The notes below the pieces were generated by a model. It had not been told where the DNA came from, made no database searches, and saw only the letters and a program-made list of their open reading frames with translations. A stretch of DNA of 64,000 bases, from positions 1 to 64,000 of IMG/VR virus record IMGVR_UViG_3300011223_000001; one strand, written 5' to 3'. Position 1 is the first letter of the stretch. Every line of letters begins with the position of its first letter. This DNA is from an uncultured virus (IMG/VR IMGVR_UViG_3300011223_000001) (lineage: Duplodnaviria; Heunggongvirae; Uroviricota; Caudoviricetes). Made by a program: the position numbers and the translations under genes. Of the stretch, positions 59,618 through 64,000 are shown in pieces.

Positions 59618-59983
59618 TTACGCTTCTTTTTTGCCGAGATAAAGCGTTCGAATTGAATCGAGTAATCCTTGGTCAGGCAGTAACAATGTATCGCCTTCGC
59701 GTGGCATTGCGATCTCGCGAGGTTTGCGTCCGAATTCCTGGGGGTGGTGCATATTGTTCATGCGCATCACTACCCAATGGTTTTCAGAAACGACATCTTT
59801 CAATGAGAGGTAGCCATAGAGGTTACCCTCAAAGCGCCAAAGGTCGCTGGCCGACACCGCCAGTGTGCGTGGGTTGGTGAACCGTAAGATATTCAGGTGG
59901 CTTTCGAGGTGGTTTCGAAAAGCCCGATCATAAAAGACAGGATCGCCTGGATCGGTAATTGCACTTAAGACCGAAAAGGCCAT
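59618..59983 (-). CDS. Small conserved protein, possibly LysM/T4-gp53-like
   Basis: WVVMRMNNMHHP pattern; GAGGA RBS. Confidence 0.5.
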   Translation of the reverse strand: MAFSVLSAITDPGDPVFYDRAFRNHLESHLNILRFTNPRTLAVSASDLWRFEGNLYGYLSLKDVVSENHWVVMRMNNMHHPQEFGRKPREIAMPREGDTLLLPDQGLLDSIRTLYLGKKEA

Positions 59984-60011
59984 GAGATAATCCTCGAAAA
60001 GAATTTGAACC

Positions 60012-60026
60012 TATATCATGTTCCTG
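60012..60026 (+). promoter_or_regulatory. Putative early promoter
   Basis: TATATCA-TGTTCC-TG. Confidence 0.6.
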
Positions 60027-60054
60027 GATAGACCAAATAAAGAGGCACGTGACA

Positions 60055-62178
60055 ATGAGTAAGCGTGAAATCGATGCTACCCTTTTGGGTCAGCTCGCTA
60101 ACGACCCGTTTTATGGGACGGTGAGTGCTGCTCGTGGGGCGATGTATGCATCGCACCAAGGGCAAGGACCGATCATGGAGGAGAACGAACCTCGCCGCAC
60201 CATGTCCGGCACTGAACCGCACTACGCAAAACACACCTTCGACATTCGTTTCCCGTGTGCTGCTACGATCCTGCATGTTATCCGTAAATACCCGACCAGC
60301 AGCATGGGGGGTGATAGCATACGCCATAACCCTATCACCACGATCATCTACGAGGACTACTACTGTCAGTTCAAAACAGTCGGTGTGATTCAGGTGCCGG
60401 AGTTCAACTCACTGCACCAAGACTTTGGTTACAAATACCAGCGTAACGAGCGGGTGTGGGAAAACCTGGTTCCGGGTGTTGAGATCGATAAAGGCGAGGT
60501 CCTTTGTTCCTCCAGCGCCGTCAAGGGTAACGGGCTGTACGGCACCGGTATTTCAGCCGAAGTCGTGTTTCTCTCAGAACCCGGCACGATCGAAGACGGT
60601 TTTGTGTTTGCCGATGATTTCCTGGAGCGCATGGCGCCAACGGTCTATGGTAAATACATCGGGGGCGCTGGACAGAAATCGATTCTGCTGAACCTCTATG
60701 GCGATGATAAGATCTACAAGCCATTCCCTGATATAGGGGAACGGGTGCGTGAAGACGGTTTGATCATGGCCATGCGCGACATCGACGAGAACCTTGCACC
60801 GGCCGAGATGACGCCGCGGGCCCTGCGTACCGTTGACCATGCTTTCGATCGACGCATCTACGGAAAACCCGGCGCGATCGTAAAGAACGTCACAGTGTAC
60901 CGCGACAGCCGCGTGTTCCCATCGAACGTTCCGATCGGAATGGATACACAGTTGAACAAGTATTACCAGGCCGGTTGCCGGTACTACCAGCAACTGATGA
61001 CTATTTACAATGGACTCAAAAGCCGCCGGGGCAAGGGCCTGCGCATTTCAGCTGAGTTCAACCAGCTGCTGCTCGAAGCACAAATCTACCTGCCGACACC
61101 GGACAACCAGCGTAAGCTGACCCGCATGTACCGGCTGGACCTGTTGGACGAATACCGTGTAGAAATCACCACTGAACACAAGATGATCCCTGACATGGGG
61201 TTCAAGGCCACCGACTGTGTGGGTGGTAAAGGGGTTGTGTGCCGCACGCGTAAACGTGAACACATGCCGCTGACCAAACACGGAGTACGGGCCGACGCAA
61301 TCGTGTACGGTGGTTCCACCATCCGTCGGTCAAACTTCGGGCGGTTCTACGAGCAGTTCTACAACGCCGCCTCACGCGACTTGTTGTTTGAACTGCGCAA
61401 GCAATGTGGACTTGATCCGCAGCAGCGGCCAACCAAGCAACAGTTACAAGCCGTTGCCGGTAACCGCAACCTGGTCCAACACTGCTTCGACCAACTGCAT
61501 GCATACTTCTCGTTGTGGGCCCCCATTCACAATGAGTTGCTAGAGCCCGATGCAGCGAATCCAACGGAGTACGTACTGGCGGTGCTGGAGGATGGTCAAC
61601 ACAAGAACCCAGGCATCACCGTCAATATCCCGGTTGATAACCCCGTGGAAATTCTCGACACGGTGCGGCAGATCCAGGCCAGCCCGTTTGCGCCGCTGTA
61701 CGACAAAGTCTTGATCACTAACGATGCGGGTGAGCAAGTGGAAACTGAAGGCCCGGTGCTGTGTGGTGCGATTCAGTTGTTCCTGCTGGAAAAGATCGGC
61801 GAAGACTGGTCTGGCGTGGCCTCGGCCAAGACCCAGCAGTTTGGCCTGCCAGCTAAGATGGGCAGTAGTGATGCCAACCGCACACCGGGTCGTGAAAACC
61901 CCATGCGGTCCGCAGGTGAATCAGAGACGCGTTCGTACGTGGCCACCATCGGTGCGTGGGCTACCAACGAGTTGTTGGATCAAACCAACAACCCGCAGTC
62001 CCACCGCGCCGTTATCCGCTCGTTCTTGCGTGCGGAGCAACCGACTAACGTCGCCGTCTCGGTGCGCCGTGATGAGATCCCATACGGGGGTTCTCGCCCG
62101 GTGGCCCTGATGCAGCATTTGTTAGAATGCCGCGGGGTACGCTTCATCTACACGCCTGATAACACACCCGTTCACTGA
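60055..62178 (+). CDS. Non-virion RNAP beta-C subunit (phiKZ gp71-73-like), uninterrupted
   Basis: SAARGAM, IEDG, GFKATDCVGGKGVV, RSNFGRFYE, RSAGESETR. Confidence 0.88.
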   Translation: MSKREIDATLLGQLANDPFYGTVSAARGAMYASHQGQGPIMEENEPRRTMSGTEPHYAKHTFDIRFPCAATILHVIRKYPTSSMGGDSIRHNPITTIIYEDYYCQFKTVGVIQVPEFNSLHQDFGYKYQRNERVWENLVPGVEIDKGEVLCSSSAVKGNGLYGTGISAEVVFLSEPGTIEDGFVFADDFLERMAPTVYGKYIGGAGQKSILLNLYGDDKIYKPFPDIGERVREDGLIMAMRDIDENLAPAEMTPRALRTVDHAFDRRIYGKPGAIVKNVTVYRDSRVFPSNVPIGMDTQLNKYYQAGCRYYQQLMTIYNGLKSRRGKGLRISAEFNQLLLEAQIYLPTPDNQRKLTRMYRLDLLDEYRVEITTEHKMIPDMGFKATDCVGGKGVVCRTRKREHMPLTKHGVRADAIVYGGSTIRRSNFGRFYEQFYNAASRDLLFELRKQCGLDPQQRPTKQQLQAVAGNRNLVQHCFDQLHAYFSLWAPIHNELLEPDAANPTEYVLAVLEDGQHKNPGITVNIPVDNPVEILDTVRQIQASPFAPLYDKVLITNDAGEQVETEGPVLCGAIQLFLLEKIGEDWSGVASAKTQQFGLPAKMGSSDANRTPGRENPMRSAGESETRSYVATIGAWATNELLDQTNNPQSHRAVIRSFLRAEQPTNVAVSVRRDEIPYGGSRPVALMQHLLECRGVRFIYTPDNTPVH

Positions 62179-62211
62179 GCGGGTGTTCCACCAATCAAAC
62201 GGAGTTAAGCC

Positions 62212-64000
62212 ATGGGTTGTTTTGTCGCACGGGATCTTTTGGCTTTGTCAGAAGATGATCTTTGGCGTATTCCCCACGACGAATACCATAAGCTGATCTG
62301 CGCTGACGGGGAGTTAGAAATTGTCGGCGCTGACCTCATCAACACAGTACTACTGTGGTACCCGCTGATCGATTACCCTAATGCACCCATCCTCCTGAGC
62401 TACGTCCACAGTTCAGAAATGGAGTTCAAGGGCAGTTCGAACCTGGATGTGCTGAACACCATGCTGTGGGGTGTGCACAGCCACTTCGGCGAGCGGGTAG
62501 ACCCTGAGCTGTTGGCACTGGCAGCCATCCGTACCATGAACCGCTGGTACAACCTAGTCACGGTTCGTTGTGCACCGTCACAATCGACGATGTCGATCAT
62601 TGACGTGTTGGAGGTCATGGATCAACCGGAAATCAAACACGCCAACGCCACCGTCGAGCCGAACCGGCATTCGATCGAGGAAGTGACCTACAAGACCATC
62701 GAGCGGGTCCTCAAAGACCCCAACGCATTGCCCCTGAACCCGATTGCCATGGGTATCCGCTGTGGTACTCAAAAGGTCGACCAGGTCAAGCAGTGCTTCG
62801 GTCCGCGGGGTTACGTCACCGATATCAACTCGGACATCTTCGAGGAACCCATCCTCAAAGGTTACGTGGAAGGTATCTGGGACCTGTATGGGTCTATGAT
62901 CGAATCCCGTTCGGGTACCAAGGCACTGGCCTACAACAAGGAGCTGCTGCGCAACACCGAGTACTTCAACCGAAAGACCCAGCTGATCGCTCAGTACGTG
63001 CGCGGTCTGGCTGAGGGTGATTGCGGTACACCGCACTACCAAGACGTCCCGGTGATCAAGGGCCTGCTCAAGCAGATGGCCGGCAAGTACTACCTCAATC
63101 CACTGACCGGTCAGCTCGACTGGCTGCGGGGCAATGAGGAGCACCTGATCGGTGAAACGATCAAGATGCGTGGTGTGATGACCTGTATCCACCCGGGTAC
63201 TGGCATCATTTGTTCGACATGCTATGGTCGTATGTCGTACAGCATACCACGCCATACCAACATCGGTCAGGTATCGGCCGTACAGGTAGGTGACCAAATC
63301 ACCTCCAACGTACTGTCAACCAAACACACTGACGTCACGTCACGTGTGGACCGACTGCACCTGTCGAAAGTCGAAGGCGACTACCTGCGTTACGGCAAGC
63401 AAGAGGAGGCGCTTTACCTGCGCCAAGAACTGCAAGGTCGCAATGTACGGTTGACCATCGATCGCAACGAGGCCTCGAACCTGGCAGACATCCTGATGCT
63501 CAAGGACCTGTCGGGCTACCCTGTCACCAACGCCACTGAACTCGGGCAGGTGCATATCTCAGCTGAAACAGCTGAGGGAACCGTGTCGGACATACTGACG
63601 GTCTCGCTGTATAACCGTAAGTCCAGTCTGACCACCGAGGTGCTTGAACACCTGCGCAAGCACAAGTGGGAATACGACAACCGCGGTAACATCATCATTG
63701 ATCTGTCAGAGTTTGACATTTCAAAGCCGGTGTTGGTCCTCCCTAACAAACACGTTAACATGTATGAGGTGATGAAGCGCATTCGTTCCTTCCTGCACTC
63801 AGGCAGTGACGACAGCCCTAAATCTACTCTCGATCCGTTGGAATACTCGGGCAAGATCTACCTGAAGAACTTCAAGGACCCAACCACGGGGCTCTTGGTC
63901 TTCGCCAACATGCTCAACGAGAAGTTGAAGATCAACATCGTCCATTGCGAGATTCTGGTCTACGCGATGATGGTGCGCTCGGCTGTAAACCGCGACTACC
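62212..64000 (+). CDS. Non-virion RNAP beta' subunit (phiKZ gp74-like); runs off the right edge
   Basis: Not in the ORF track. Translated by hand: MGCFVARDLL...GPRGYVTDI..ESRSGTKAL..TEYFNRK..GDCGT..CSTCYG..LSTKH. Confidence 0.88.
   Translation, partial: MGCFVARDLLALSEDDLWRIPHDEYHKLICADGELEIVGADLINTVLLWYPLIDYPNAPILLSYVHSSEMEFKGSSNLDVLNTMLWGVHSHFGERVDPELLALAAIRTMNRWYNLVTVRCAPSQSTMSIIDVLEVMDQPEIKHANATVEPNRHSIEEVTYKTIERVLKDPNALPLNPIAMGIRCGTQKVDQVKQCFGPRGYVTDINSDIFEEPILKGYVEGIWDLYGSMIESRSGTKALAYNKELLRNTEYFNRKTQLIAQYVRGLAEGDCGTPHYQDVPVIKGLLKQMAGKYYLNPLTGQLDWLRGNEEHLIGETIKMRGVMTCIHPGTGIICSTCYGRMSYSIPRHTNIGQVSAVQVGDQITSNVLSTKHTDVTSRVDRLHLSKVEGDYLRYGKQEEALYLRQELQGRNVRLTIDRNEASNLADILMLKDLSGYPVTNATELGQVHISAETAEGTVSDILTVSLYNRKSSLTTEVLEHLRKHKWEYDNRGNIIIDLSEFDISKPVLVLPNKHVNMYEVMKRIRSFLHSGSDDSPKSTLDPLEYSGKIYLKNFKDPTTGLLVFANMLNEKLKINIVHCEILVYAMMVRSAVNRDY

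Noticed and set aside
1..64000. CRISPR array, IS/transposase, integrase, reverse transcriptase or rRNA
   Set aside because: No regularly spaced direct repeats or diagnostic motifs seen; the hairpin family is dispersed, not arrayed.
1..64000. Alternative genetic code
   Set aside because: Core genes are full length under the standard code, and TAA, TAG and TGA all serve as stops.

Overview
This window is a 64-kb segment of a nucleus-forming, phiKZ-like jumbo phage (Chimalliviridae), fairly GC-rich by eye. Gene order follows the conserved phiKZ core block: head-protein paralogs, two tRNAs, nrdB/nrdA, DHFR, terminase large subunit, an inserted cluster of small early genes, baseplate-region proteins, tail sheath and tube, PhuZ, family-B DNA polymerase, chimallin, an nvRNAP beta'-N subunit split by a group I intron just before DFDGD, an SbcD-like nuclease, ChmC-like, gp68-like and PicA/Imp1-like proteins, nvRNAP beta and a partial beta'. 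phiKZ gp equivalences come from recalled synteny, size and motifs, not from a search. The most notable unexplained signals are: (1) a ~110-nt structured RNA with a pseudoknot abutting tRNA-Tyr; (2) an ORF-less group I intron at the RNAP catalytic site; (3) ~17 dispersed CATA-hairpin-TATG elements; (4) ~9 copies of a TATATCA-N6-TG promoter; (5) an intein-like relic in the NrdA active-site loop; (6) a ParB-like domain on a head-protein propeptide; (7) a 58-aa ORF that copies the tail-tube C-terminus; (8) lone QueC-like and TAXI-like genes.
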